DNA of 64,000 nt, from positions 8,269,331 through 8,333,330 of the forward strand of contig NC_092575.1 of the NCBI RefSeq assembly GCF_037975245.1. Reading direction: 5' to 3'. Below, in pieces: positions 36,043 through 49,620 of this stretch. Source of the stretch: Apostichopus japonicus. Its lineage: Eukaryota. Positions within the stretch are counted from its first letter, which is position 1; each line of letters starts with the position of its first letter. The position numbers and the translations under genes were made by a program. Below the pieces are notes generated by a model. The model was not told the DNA's origin. It saw only the letters and a list, made by a program, of their open reading frames with translations, and searched no databases.

Positions 36043-39000
36043 GTAAGTATTTTACATGATGGATATTTTTAAAAGTAAAATCTGTGCCAGTATACAGGAG
36101 AAATGTAGCCACAGCATTTCTAGTATTAGTAATATATGGCAACAGTTTGCTTTGCAAATATCCAACATTTTTATGACAATTACAAAAGTCTCTTTCCAAA
36201 ATGATGTATGCAATTGATCAAGCTGAGAGTCCCTGGTCAAGTTTTGCACAAAGTGAAATTTGTGGTATATAAAAACACTAGTGGATTCTACAGCTTTTGT
36301 TCCTTAGATACAGTATGTTTCTAATCATGTACTAAGAATGAAAAGTTCAATGGTTTGGCCTTTTGTTCATGATTTGAATTTATTTCAAATAAATAGGTTT
36401 TTTTGTTATCAATGAAAGAATCTGCTTTAAAGATAGTGTTGAAAAATTTGAAAGTTGATGCAGAAATAGAGAAATAGGTCAACATTCCTTTTTATAATGG
36501 AGGGGGAGGGGGAACAGGTTTATAGGGAAAAGACATTATTTCTCATTATTTTTAATGTTAAGTGTACAACATGACTTGCTATTTCATTTCCTCACAAATT
36601 TCAGGAAGTATAAACAGGACATTGAATAAAACATAGGTAGTACCCCCAAACTGAAAAATGAGTCTACAGTATCCATCTGGTTCACCAAGATGGGCTCATT
36701 GATCCATAAATAATTAAACCTGTCTGACATACTACATACAATACTGAATGTGTTGCTCTCTTTCTGTAAGCTTATTTATGCTAATGGAACTACTGTACAC
36801 TGTTTCATTTCAAGCAAAGTGGGAATTTGGACAATTCTTTTCTCTTAAATCCGATACAGTAGCTGGCACACTTCAGTTCTTATTGAAGCCTGTAAATAGT
36901 GTTCAAGTACTATAATACTAGTGCTGATAGTCGTAATGGATTAATCGCCACTAGTCTCGATTACACTTTGGAAGTTCGATTAATCGCACTCAAAACCTAA
37001 GTTGCGATTACTCAACTACAAGCTAGCACTACACTTAATCTGCTTTTGAAAAACAGCCTAAGTACAGTACCTATCAAACACAACACTAAAGCAGTTTGTT
37101 AGCAAATATGGCAAAGGTATGTGGTTCCCACAATGCTACACTAGTGTTGTGTTAAAAATCAGCAAGCACCTGCTCCGGTTAGATTCATGCATTTACTTGT
37201 TAGTAATACGATTGTTCTGCAGTGCAACATTCGGTCCTACAGTAGCAATGTTTAATCATTGCACACAATCGCAAATTCGTAATTAATAATCTTTTACAAT
37301 TGCCTAATTATTTGTCATTTCGTCATACATGTTTACAAGAACTTCATTACCAACCTGGTTCACATTTATTGGAATTTCTGATCGAGTGTGTCGATTGTGG
37401 TGTAGTTTTATTGCAAAGTGCAAACTGTATGCCTGCTATCACGCTAGGCTAGAGCCTAGAACGTTGAACGTCCTTCTACAGAAAACTTGCATACTAATCA
37501 TCAACACTGCAAGGTGTTACATCTATTCATTGTTTACACGTTTGCTTTTATTTGTACTAGTAATTGTAGTAGCCGCGTAGAAAGTTTTTTATATACTATG
37601 AAGGATTTTAAGAAATGTTGTAGATGGAAAGTTGCTCACAGTTTTTGTTTGGTAGAAGTTTTAACATGATTTAGACACCACACGTTAAGACATGTTAAGA
37701 AGAAATAAATAAAGACCATGGGGAAAGATTTGTTTTGAATGTATTTCTGCAATGTAAAAATGACAGTGATGACGTCATAACTGTAACAGAGTAATCGCGA
37801 GAAAAGCTATGAGATTAATCGATTACAAAAAGAATGAGTTGACAATCAGTTCTAGTTCTACTGTATGCTAATTTTTGGATATTAGTAGTAGTTTCAAACC
37901 AGATTATGCATTCAATTACAGACACTGATTCACCAAATCACCCCTACCCATAATTCATCTGTTTCTTTACTGATCACTTTATCAGTACTAACAGCACTTG
38001 GTCTACTATAAATGTCAAAATAACTTTGTTCTTTGTTCAGCATCATTGTTTTAATTTTAGTCAGGAGTTTGTCCTTCTAGGTCATCAGAGACTGCATAAA
38101 ACTGTCCCGAGTAAGAACTACAGTACTTGGAAAGTTAACAAATAAGTCTGTTTACCCACTAACTTTCCTTAATAGTTTAAAACCCATCTTTTCTATTTCT
38201 GACAGCATTGCAAAGTTTGGGAGATACTCTTGTACAATTTAACAGATATCACCTTCTTGATACATAGTACTGTGTCATCCAGCACACTGTCATGTTGTAC
38301 CTTAGACACAGTGTTAGACCACCAGTATTCACAGTGTCTTATAGCTTTAAGTAGTTTAGTTAATAGCAATCTATACTGCTTTCAAGTACTTTGCTGTGTG
38401 AAGTCAGCCATTCACAGATCTCATTGCCATACAGTAGATGGGGAGACACTGTTCATCTTTACTAATATTTTACTTTTCAAAATTACTTGCCTTCCCTATT
38501 TAGCCAAGCTGTCAACTATGTACTCTGTCATGATACTATTACAATTCATGCAAGATGTACTGTACTTGGGAGATATAAATAGTAGAGGTCCAAATGTGGA
38601 ATTTGTAGACTTTTGATAAATCTAAATTTGGTCAGACCAGAAGGAAAATTTATAAAAGAACAAAGAATTTGGTCACCACAGAAATTTCAACTACCCAGTA
38701 TTAGCAAGCTATAACAACCCCTATGGATAACGAGCCATTGATTGAATCTTTTGGGTAATAACTATGGGACTGTGTGCATTAAGTTGGGCTAATGGAATAT
38801 TGATGCCAGAATAATGAGAAGTTGGAGAACAGTGTGCAGTATTAACATTGATAATTTGGTCATATCAGAAGATCTAACATAATGAAATACACCTTACGGG
38901 TGGCATTGCTGACATTTATTTTAAATTATGTGAATATCTTGTAGTGAACCAAATTGGTAAATAATATAATATTATTCACTTTCTCTGCTGAAAACTTCTT

Positions 39001-39459
39001 TTTTGTTGGACCATGGAACACTGAACTCCCATACAATTATGACATGGTAATCAAATAAAACACTAGTGCACTGTAGGTAGTTTAAGATTCTTTGCTATGC
39101 ATGTGCTACATTAGCTCATTTTATTCCATGTACAGTGTCTCAGTAATATGCAGAATTCATCAAGATTTTGTGGTACTGTATGCACAGTTTGAGATGATAC
39201 AAAGAGAATATGCTGTAAAGTAAACAGATTGTCATGTGAACACCATATGCTGCACAACAGTGCCAGCTTAATAGTTATTAAGATTCTTTTAATTGCAAAC
39301 CTTGGACAAATCCTAGGAGTACGTGTATGTTGTACTGACATTACTACAATTGTCATTCAGGTTTTAAATGAGTGTAAATTTTTGAAATGCAGCAGTGTTC
39401 ACATGTTTCCATGTTATTTGTGGCTGACCCCTTCTGCATTCATTCCCTTGATTCAACAG

Positions 39460-39696
39460 GTAACCTTGTACAGAGTAATACCCTGGAGATTTACTTCAAG
39501 ACTATGGGGACAAGTCAATGATAAAAATTTACCCGAGAGACTACGGCAGCCGCTGCTTGGCCTCTATGTTTGGTTGTTTGGCTGTGATGTCACGGAAGCA
39601 CTGGTAGAAGATCTTACGTATTACAAGAATCTCCAAGAGTTTTTCAAAAGGCAATTAAAACCGGAAGTTAGACCAATTGACCAGCAACATGCATTG
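39460..39696 (+). CDS. PISD: PISD exon. Encodes VTLYRVIPWRFTSRLWGQVNDKNLPERLRQPLLGLYVWLFGCDVTEALVEDLTYYKNLQEFFKRQLKPEVRPIDQQHAL. Phase 0-0.
   Basis: Strong similarity to human PISD [72 protein letters not shown]…. Acceptor ttgattcaacag|; donor CATTG|GTAAGA at 39697. Confidence 0.85.
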
Positions 39697-40112
39697 GTAA
39701 GATATTAATGATACAGTATTACTTACTGCTCAATTTGAAAAGTTGTCTCATTAACATCATTTCTGAAAACAGGTGGCCATGAAGTGTGATCCTTTTTGGA
39801 ATTTTTCCGGTGACAGTCATAACCTTTGCAAGTTTAATTGCATGTGTCTGTAGCATCTGCAAATTGGTCAACCTGTTATCTCAAGAAGATAAACTAGGAC
39901 TACTTGCCTCAAGAAAACTGATACTGTACTTATATATATACTGTACATAGAGTACTGTAGATATGACATAACTGAATTGGAAATTTTCATATTCGTAAAA
40001 TGTGGTTACCAGATAAAATTCTATAACCTTTTGTCAGTATTTTTGTGTGAGAATGATATTTGAGAAATTAATATTCAGTAATTCAGTATTTAAACATTTC
40101 TTGTTCTGTTAG

Positions 40113-40274
40113 GTTAGTCCATGTGATGGTAAGGTCCTTCATTACGGAGAGGTGAAACATTGCATGCTCGAACAAGTGAAAGGTGTAACCTACTGTCTGA
40201 AAACATTTCTCGGGCCTAACAACTGGTATTCTGATGACTCAGAGGACACAAACCCATCATTCGCAGTGGATAAA
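40113..40274 (+). CDS. PISD: PISD exon. Encodes [54 protein letters not shown]. Phase 0-0.
   Basis: Matches human [35 protein letters not shown]…. Acceptor tgttctgttag|; donor AAA|GTAAGT at 40275. Confidence 0.85.
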
Positions 40275-40689
40275 GTAAGTACCTTGCACACCTGTCATGA
40301 TCTCTGACCTTAGAATTTAATACAATTGTGAAAGTAAAACCTCTCATTAACTCACAAGCATTTAACATGTCTTCTATAAGGGAACACTTTATAACTGCTT
40401 TTATCCACAGTAGGGTGTATACATTTCTTGCATTTGTAATGTCATATGAGGCACATGTTACACAACATATTTTCTGTACTCCGTATTGTATAAGTGCTGA
40501 TAACAATGACAAGGCTACTTTTAGAACCGTGGACTGATATTGGGGCCAAAGCCAAAATTGGTCATCCTCAAATCCCAAAAGTAAAGTTATTTCTGTGGGA
40601 GAAATTTATTCTGGGCTCATGGCAGTACAAATTTTCACTTCAGAATAAAAAAAAAAAATTCTGAAAAATTTCGTTATCAGTGACATAGA

Positions 40690-43470
40690 GGTCGTTGAAA
40701 TCTAAAAAGATGCGCACTAGGTGCGAGGGACGGAATTTAGTCTTATTGACCTAGCTGAAAATAAGGATGGGTGAGGTAAATTTGGTTTTCTGTAATTTGA
40801 CGTTCATCTCTAGTGCAAATTATTCATTGGAAAAGTTTTGAATTTTTTTTTAATAAAAATGAAGAAAAATAGGAAAAAACGGTTCAAAATTCCGTCCCTC
40901 GCATTTTTTGACACAATTGTTTTTTTTTGAGAGAGAGGAAATAGTACAGTATGCATAAAAATCTGCAAAGTATCAACTATCAGTGACTTGAACATCTGTA
41001 GTGATGAAAGAAACTGAACAAAAATATGAATGGTGCATTATGGGTAATCAACATTTTCGCGAGGGACGGAATTCAGTGCGAGGGACGGAATTCTGTTACA
41101 GTTTGGTGCTACACGTCTGTAGTCCTAATCTGTTGCTAATAGAAATAGTTGGCGGAACATATGTGTAAATTCAACGACACAACTATAGCAGAATTCGACA
41201 GTATATATGCTGAACTTGCAAAGTTGAAGAAGGCACTTCCAGGAACAAACAGTGCTATCTATCATCCAAGTGGACTTCAGCGAGAACTACAGTATGCTAA
41301 CAACTAAAAGAATGAAATACAGCATACTTTGGCCACGAGAATTTCACATTGTACACTGTTTGTGCATGGTATGCTGAAGGTGAGGAAGGTGAAGTGCAAA
41401 ACCTTCTGTGTCATCAGTGATTACATGTCACATGACAAGTTCTAAGCTTTGCACTTCAATAAAGCTATCATTGAAAAGGTCCAACAATTTGTCCAGATCT
41501 GGATGAGAGGTTCAATTTTGGTCCGATGGCTGTGCTAGTTTAAATCAAAATATTGCTTTTACTTCCTTGCCACCCAGTACCCATGTGACATTCCAATAAC
41601 ATGGAGTTATATTGAATCTCACCATGGGAAGGGCCCAGTAGATGGGGGTGGGGGGAAAGATAAAATCAAGTGTGTACTGTGATGTCAAAGCAGGTAAAAC
41701 TTCTCATCACTAGTGCCAAGCAGTTTGCAGAATATGCCAACATAGAGTGAATGCAACAGATACATTCTATGTAGCTGCATATGGCATAACCGTGCCTAGG
41801 CTTCTATGCCAGACAAGGTACCTGAAGTACCAGGTACTGTACACACAAGGTCCATTTTATTGACCGTACATGCAGTAATGGTAAGAGCAAGCTGACTTTC
41901 TTCCTACAGAGTCAGTTTTGTGAACCAGTTGAAGAGATGCTCAGGGAGCAGTTGTATGACTTAAATGATGGAGTTGAAAGTCAGGTAGTCGTGAGCCATG
42001 ATCAGGAACCAGATCCTAATCTGAATAAAGTGGAAAACAGTGGTCAGGTTGAGTAGAATGGGGACCAAGATCAAATTGGTAGTCAGCTGGTTAACAATGA
42101 TCAGTTACCATGGAAAGTGGTGGGTGGGTGATAGTTGAGTATAATGGTCAGTTGTATCCAGGAGAGGTGGAAAACATAATTGTCAGTAATTCACAGGTTA
42201 ATGCCATGGCAAAAACAGGGAAGTATTGGAAGTGGCCAGAGGCAAAAGACCTACTGTGGTATTCAAGGGATATGGTGAAAGGAAATATAGCCCCTGTTCT
42301 CCCTGTATGCTGAACCAGAGACCATTATTTGTGTAATGAATTTTAAGCATTCATATCAATTCCTTGCACTATGGTGAGCTGTTTGTTGATTTCCAAATCT
42401 ACATCATATCCAAGAGTTTGACATGTTAATGTTCCAATTTATATTGAATTGCATTGATGTATGTTGTGTACAATAGTTCATTTTTCTTATTAATGACAAC
42501 TTAATGAGTTAACGTCATGATGGGGGAAGAAGTTTTTAACTCTTTCATATGCTGTTTGGATCCGAATCTAAGCAGAGTTTTGTTAATGAATATGTGAATT
42601 GTCAATTTGAATTACAATGGTGACTTTGTTTCCTTGTATAAAGTATAAATGTTGAATTTGTACAGTAAATTAGTTTTCAGTTTCCAAATTTAAAAATTAT
42701 ATATATTGTCCCACACTGTTGAATACACCTACTGTACAATATAAAGGTGGAAAATAGATTTAGTATTTGTGTTGGGTTTAAGATTCCTCATTTCGGGGAA
42801 GTGGTGGATGGAGGTGACTTAATTATTATTCACCAAGGCATTTGAGTGGTGAGTGATGGAATGAATTTCAATTTTGATTCCAATTTACCTACATTTCACC
42901 AATCATCCCATCACTACCCCCATCTGTTCCTTGAATGTGTGTTCATTAATTGGATTGTGTAATTTGTGATAATATTCCCACTGCTTGTGGGAGCTTGGCA
43001 ATGAAAAACAGAATTTACAACAGCTTTTTCTCTAATTAATCAACATAAACAGCAATTCCGTCCCTCGCATTCCGTCCCTCGCGCTGACTTTTTTTGTGAA
43101 ATTAAAGCGTAACCTAATTTAGCTATGAGATTTTTAAAACACATTTCAGTTAATATCAGAAGAGTAATTGATCTTGTTATAAATGGTATGATTGGATATA
43201 GATTCCTCCTAAATTTGATAATAATACATCAAATGTTTGGAGTGCATGCACACCCAGTTTTTATCATTCCGTCCCTCGCGCCAATTAATGTTCGTTGCTA
43301 TGGCAACATGTTAAATTTTGAATATGTTTCAATTGTTTTATTATGTTGTATGTTACTCTCTTTATTTAACCTACTACTGGATTTTTCATATTTCACTACT
43401 GTTGAGCTGGAATATATGGAAACGTATATCAAATTCCGTCCCTCGCACTTACGGAGGTTTTGGCTTTGGC
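40690..43470. mobile_element. Composite DNA-transposon region inside a PISD intron. A ~180-bp MITE (about 40718-40896) sits beside a ~2 kb element (about 41046-43078). Both are bounded by inverted copies of a 14-mer ATTCCGTCCCTCGC, duplicated at the ends of the larger element. Further solo termini lie at ~43262 and ~43432.
   Basis: Eight copies of ATTCCGTCCCTCGC or its complement in 2.8 kb, arranged reverse…forward and reverse-reverse…forward-forward. The interior has only decayed ORFs; a GKGPVDGGGG-like peptide at ~41625 is shown only as a sample of the decayed interior and is not identified with any transposase family. Confidence 0.5.
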
Positions 43471-44660
43471 CCATTGTCGTTATAAGTGTCCCAATTATTG
43501 ATACTAATTCTAAAACTTAAAGCAAATCCTGTGCAACCACAATGTATAATATTTTAAATAGGCAAAAAAGGAATAGCAACTTGAAGCTTCTCTGTAGGTA
43601 CAGGAGAGCAAGACATTGCATCAGTGTGATGTGAGAATGGTTTAAATTTGGTTTCTTCCCACAATATCAGGCATTTAATTCTCCAAAAGGTTAATAATCT
43701 AGTTTATCATCTTTGAATATGGTCATGTACATTAAATTCAAATTGCACTACCTCTAAAAGGAATTTGTAAGCCAGAGTGTTTTGTTCATCTGTTTAACAG
43801 TATGATTCTCAGAGCTAAGAATTATCCCTACAAAGTCTTGACTGTAAACTTACTACCAATGCAACAGATATTTTTGAGTTACAGAAGTTGTATGAAATTC
43901 AACCTGAAACTAATGAAACAGAATTCACCATATTGATGACGTCAGAGAGGAACAACTCTCAAAGTCATTTTCCGTTTGGTAGACTCCCCATGTAAAATAT
44001 TCAGCTGTTGTTGCTAGGGCTAGAACTCGTCTTTAAACTGTTGACAAAAACATGGAGATCAATCATATTTAAACCTTTCTCACTTCTAACTTTACAGAGG
44101 ACAGATCTCTTTACCTTATCTATTTTATTGTTCCAAATAAAATTATAAAACAGCTTATTAAGGTCTTAAAAAAAAGGCCCATCCGGAATGACAACTGTAT
44201 CATCCGCATACTGAGATATTTTGGGGGGAACGTCAGAAATCGTTATACCATTAATAGATGGGTTAGAATTAATTAAAGAGCCAAGAGTTTTATGAATAAC
44301 ATTAACCCCTGTAGGTTTTAATTGTGGACCAAGATAAGAGAGTGTATGCTAAATACAATTCCAGTCCCGGCAGTCAAATGCCTTTTCAGAGTCTAAGAAA
44401 AGTAAACCACCAGGAAAGAATTTCTCTTCACAATACCAGATAAAATCCTGTATTAACTTTCTGTTTCACATATAAATCTACTCTTCATAAAACCGGTCTG
44501 CTGATAATTAAATTCAACACTGCTTTCATGCGGGAAGCAATGCATTTTGCAATGTTTTTATAGTCTGTGTTTAAAAGGGCTAGCGGGCGCCAGTTCTTGG
44601 GATATCTTAAATCATTTTAACCAAACTTTGATTATATTTCTCTGCATCATTTTTTAAACA

Positions 44661-44805
44661 GATAACAGATGAGGAATACCTTGAATCTCTGAACATTAAG
44701 GAGGGCAACAAACTGTTTAACTGTATCATTTACTTGGCTCCTGGTGATTACCATAGATTTCATTCACCAACCAGTTGGTCAGCAGCACATAGGAGACACT
44801 TTCCA
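44661..44805 (+). CDS. PISD: PISD exon. Encodes [48 protein letters not shown](G). Phase 0-1.
   Basis: Matches human …[30 protein letters not shown]. Acceptor ttttaaacag|; donor CCAG|GTAGGA at 44806. Confidence 0.85.
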
Positions 44806-44939
44806 GGTAGGAATCAAAAATAACTTTGAAGTACAGTAGGTAGTTTTTTTTTATTCCTTGCCAGAGGCATAAGGAATCTGTGATGGTGATGGCATGTGTG
44901 TGTGTGTGTATGTATGTTACACTTGCTTTTAAACACCGT

Positions 44940-45410
44940 AACTCAAAAGTTCATGGTGGATTAACTTCATGCTTGGTATGTGGATCTGTTTATTGAGTAC
45001 AAGAACCCTATTCTTTTCTGTGAAGTTCAATGGTCACTTGGGATCAACAGTGGTCAAAGTATGAAAATTTGTTAACATGGTAACTCAAAAAGTACATCTC
45101 TGTTGATTTTTATACTTGGTATGTAGATCCAGCTAGATTAGTATAAGAACCCTATTGAAATTGTTGAAGGTCAAAGGTTATTTGCAATGAAATTAAGTCA
45201 AAGTCTGTAATACCTTTAAAACATGATAACACAAAACACACATATTTATGGAACTTCATACGTAGTATGTAGAACCAGTTTAGTGAGTGCAAGAACCCTA
45301 TCAAAATTGATAGAGGTCAAATATCACCAGAGGTCAACATGTATCAAAGTATGTATTCCTTGTAAACATGTTAACTTAAATTCATCTATGAGTTCTACCA
45401 TGCTATGATT
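44940..45410. repeat. Dispersed copy (3-4 degenerate units) of the ~125-bp satellite-like repeat, inside a PISD intron.
   Basis: Shares …tgagtacaagaaccctat…aaattg(t/a)tgaaggtcaaaggt(c/t)atttg…gtcaa…ttgtaaacatg(g/t)taactcaa… with the 21.6-22.0 kb, 50.5 kb and 53.7 kb copies. Confidence 0.6.
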
Positions 45411-46518
45411 TGCTTTTGGTGAACATAATTTGGCCAATATCAGTTCAGTTTAGTGAATGGGCCCAATATAAAATATATCTCTAGTGATACATACTGTATA
45501 TAGTCATCCAGAAAATTAAATCTGCTTCAAATAGTTCATGCTTTATACACACTTAAGTGGCCCTTATCAGTTTTCACACTCAGAGCTCAAGGGGTCAACA
45601 GGTCATAATGGTCTCAAAATTGGCCATATTATCTGTGAATTTATACTACAGTGGATGACTTTTGGTTTAGCAGTGAGTTGTGTATAAACAATGTCATGTA
45701 ACTCTCATTCGTTAACAATAATTATTAAAGGGGGATGGCAGAGCTAATTTGCTAGCTCAGAATTGGTAAAAGAAAATGTCCATTTGCTCATACATCTAGG
45801 TGTCCATATTTCACATTGGAAGACTGTTCTTTCTGGATATTGAAACATTTTGGAATAAAATGTCTATACTGTAAAACCCTTACCAGTGAATTGAATAGTT
45901 GATGCCCACAAGGGAGTGCCACAAATAAGCTTGAAATCTCTGGTTCTCACTTAATTCTTGGACAAATTTGACTCACTTGCTCTACATAAGTCAGATATGT
46001 GGAGTTCTGAGCAAATTATAGGCACGGAATCATAAAGCTAACTGCCTTCCTGGTTCATTTTTGTTTTGGTTTGGTAGATTCATATTCTTAATTAAAGACT
46101 TAATTTCTTAGTATATAGCAATGTAGGCCCTTTGCCATTTGGAAAACTTAGCATAAGGTTGGAATGGTGGATTAGGCAGGAAGAGGGTAGTGACCTCAAA
46201 AGGGGTCATAGGGAGGCACAGTGCACGAATGTTACCAGTAATTATACCAGTTATAATAAGCTTGGTAGATAGGAGTGCGTATGCATAGGAGACGGGTAAG
46301 AGAGGAATGAAATAAGTATTCCAATACTTGCTGATTTTAGTAATTATTAATATAGGAGACGAGTAAGTATGGTCATTGATTGGGTCTCAGTGTACTACTA
46401 ACTTGTCCATTGAGCATTCATGCTTTGTACTATTTTTGTGAGCTGGTAGGCTTTTCTCTTGTCTGTGTTTCTCCCTGGCAGTTTGTAAAACTTGTCTTTG
46501 CTGTTGTCTATCCTTCAG

Positions 46519-46679
46519 GTGAGCTGTTTTCCGTAAACCCTGGTATTGCTGCATGGATCAAGGGACTATTTAATTTGAATGAACGTGTAGTCATAACAGG
46601 TCAATGGCAGTGTGGTTTCTTTTCCATGGCTGCTGTAGGAGCTACCAATGTTGGATCCATCAACATTTACTTTGACAAG
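46519..46679 (+). CDS. PISD: PISD exon. Encodes (G)[53 protein letters not shown]. Phase 1-0.
   Basis: Matches human [53 protein letters not shown]. Acceptor tccttcag|; donor CAAG|GTAAGG at 46680. Confidence 0.85.
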
Positions 46680-48171
46680 GTAAGGAGCAGTGCTGCAGAC
46701 TATCATTTTATTTAGTTAAATGGTTAACTGTTTGTGATAAAGGTTTGAATTTATAAAAGATACAAATGTGTACATAGCACCATGTATCTGCATTACCTTA
46801 GTTTACAGAAAGTATTTACTGTTGTAGTATTGTACTATATGACAAGTATGGAGATTTAAACAGTGATAATAGTGCAAGCCGATTTTGCATTATGGCTAGT
46901 AGATTTTTAGTCATTCTCTAAATGGTGAGTACTTAATTGTGAAGGCCTGGACAATTTGGCTTGAATCTCTTAAGACAAATATTTGCTTGCCAAAAATGTT
47001 AATAGTCACTCAATTTTCTGCATTGATGTACATATATATTCTTTTCTTGCTTTGCACACACCAAGAATTATTAAAGTGCCATTCAAGTTGCTTTTAAAAA
47101 AAATAAAAGCTAATGTCTGAGTTCTTTGTCACAAACACCTGTACATCAGACTAATAATGTGCCCCAGTGCATTGATTCTGAAAAAAGGACAGGCCATTAC
47201 AATAGTCTTTTCCAGAATAAAAGGTCGATATGTATTATGTATACATGTGTAATTCAATATAAACTTTACTGCACATCTTTTCTCCAATTACTAGGAAGCA
47301 TTAATAGCACATGATATTATAGACTTTAAGCCACATGTACTGTACACAGAAGATTTGTGGTTAAGAGTTATGTAGACATGGAAGTCAAGAAAAATAAAAA
47401 AGGAGGAAACAAAGTAACAATGCACCTGAGAGTTACATACTAGATACTTAGGATCTGCAACGTGCTAATGCCATGGAGATTCTTTCCAGTCTGCAATGTT
47501 GAAAGATAAAGGAATGCTTGAATTCTGAGTTCAGAGGAAAGCTGGAGCTTCTGGGGCCTTCGACCTCTGGACCCACTCGAGGGTTTTGCTCCTGGACCCC
47601 ACCAGGGGACCTAGCACAGGCCCCTTTACCAATGGCCAAAGAAGCGCAGCACTTTTCATGTGCATGTGTGCCCCTCAGCCAAGCTCAACCCTGCCCCTTT
47701 TGCACGTGAAGCTAGGGATCTGTACATAAGTGTTTGTTGAGCCTGCCTCAATGATGTTGCATCTAAAATACAGTGTAACACCATTTGTGTAATTTTCTAG
47801 TTTAGTTGAATAGTTTTTGTTGGAGAATGGCTTTTGAATGTAATACTGTACAGACCCTTCTCACTTGACTAGCTTGGCACCCAGCATAGCTATCAGAAAT
47901 TGCCCCAATCTGCAGTCTTGCATGTAATAATGGAAAGACAGGAAACAGTTTTTCGTTCCTTAAGGTACTAGATTTGGTGCAATATGTTTGTGATGGTACT
48001 GTGTATGTTGTTAAGGTACTAGATTTTTTTCATGGTTTTTTCATGGTTTCATGTTTTTGATGGTACTATTCTGTATCATTCAATCTTTCTTGTTTATACC
48101 TATTTACCTACACAACTATAAGATAAAGCATTTCATTAACAGTACTTTCTCTCTGTTTGCTTTGTGTTCAG

Positions 48172-48417
48172 GAATTAAATACAAATGTCAAAGGTGCCTA
48201 CGCTGATGGGGCCTTCCATGATAAGTCTCTTAGAAAGGTGAACCCAGAATCCAAATCACCAGAGAAGATGGGCATCTCTCTGGATAAAGGTGCAGGCATC
48301 GGCGAGTTCAACCTGGGCTCAACCATAGTCCTCATCTTTGAGGCTCCAGAGGATTTCAGATTTAACATTGAGCAAGGAGAGAAAGTTAAATTTGGGGAAA
48401 GATTAGGATCCATGTGA
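48172..48417 (+). CDS. PISD: PISD terminal exon. Encodes [81 protein letters not shown]. Contains the LGST self-cleavage and pyruvoyl-forming motif. TGA stop at 48415-48417.
   Basis: Matches human …[42 protein letters not shown]. Acceptor ttgtgttcag|. In-frame stop. Confidence 0.85.
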   Translation, partial: [81 protein letters not shown]

Positions 48418-49440
48418 ACCAGACCCGGCAGAAGTAACTGTTAGAACGTGCTGCAAGGACAAGCATAATATCACATAGTCTGAATGTGACCAACCTCCTA
48501 GCAATGAAAACTGTTCCTATGGTGTAAGAAGTATTCAAAGAAACTATTTGCTGTTGAAAAAGTGAATGCATTGAGACTGACTGCCTTAAACAGTACTGTA
48601 TATACAGTATTAATGCTAAAAGTACTTCACTATGTTGTCACAGCATATACATAGAGCTCATTAACAAAACTCTGATTACTTCAAATCTGTAGTTTTCCTC
48701 CCCAATAACTCTTAGATACCATCAGTTTAGATCAGCTGATTATCTTAAGTTACGTTCCTCATAATAATTGGAAATGAGTCAAGATACTATGTTGCACTGT
48801 CAGTGAAACAGCATGAATTCAAGACGGTGTGCTGTCCTAAAGCAAATGTGTGTGGCGTAGCCCGTTATACCGGTGATAGTATAACTTACAACATGTATCT
48901 TGGTGTAACATACCACTGAACATACCATAGCACATAGTAAATTGAAGGACATGCTGCTCCATCAAATGTGTCTGGTTATGTGCCAAAAACAATCCTTAAA
49001 GACATTGTTCCTTACATAATATAATGCATAAGGATAATTAAGGGAAACACTGGGGACGGGGGGTGGAATTTACTGCACTGATAAGACTTGAATTATCATG
49101 GTCCTGTGTTTTCTAAATATTCTTATTTGGTGGATCGTGAGATAACAGGATGATGCCTTAAATGTACATTTCAACAGTTAGTCAGTAGCAAGGTACAAGT
49201 GACCCAGCAGCAGTGTGTGGAAATGAAGGTGTTGGAAGCTAAAAGGGGGTCTGAGTTGGAGGAGGGGCTATATCCTACAGGGCTTCTGGTGTGTGTGTTC
49301 AAACATATAGAGAAGTAACACCCGTCCTCCAAGGAACAGCAGAAAATGTCCAGTCTTTTTCTTATTTCAGGTTTATTCTTTTTCATGCAAAGAGCCAATG
49401 AAATCTGTAGAAACCCTCTTTGGCAGCTAACACACACAAT

Positions 49441-49620
49441 TTAAACCTTACATGAGTTAACCAGTTAGTCAGCTTTATAGATGGTAGGGTATTTTATGCT
49501 TATCCACCCATCTCCCTCTGCCAGACACAATTTAAACCTTACATGAGTTAACCAGTTAGTCAGCTTTATAGATGGTAGGGTATTCTATGCTTATCCACCC
49601 ATCTCCCTCTGCCAGACACA
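49441..49620. repeat. Two tandem copies of an ~89-bp segment (acacaatttaaaccttacatgagttaaccagttagtcagctttatagatggtagggtatt(t/c)tatgcttatccacccatctccctctgccag).
   Basis: Near-identical direct duplication read directly, with 1-2 mismatches. Confidence 0.9.

Noticed and set aside
41560-41720. Peptide 'HGKGPVDGGGG' inside the composite element as evidence of a specific transposase family
   Set aside because: It is an isolated short motif in a frame interrupted by stops. I cannot assign it to a superfamily from memory, so it is mentioned only as a sample of the decayed interior.
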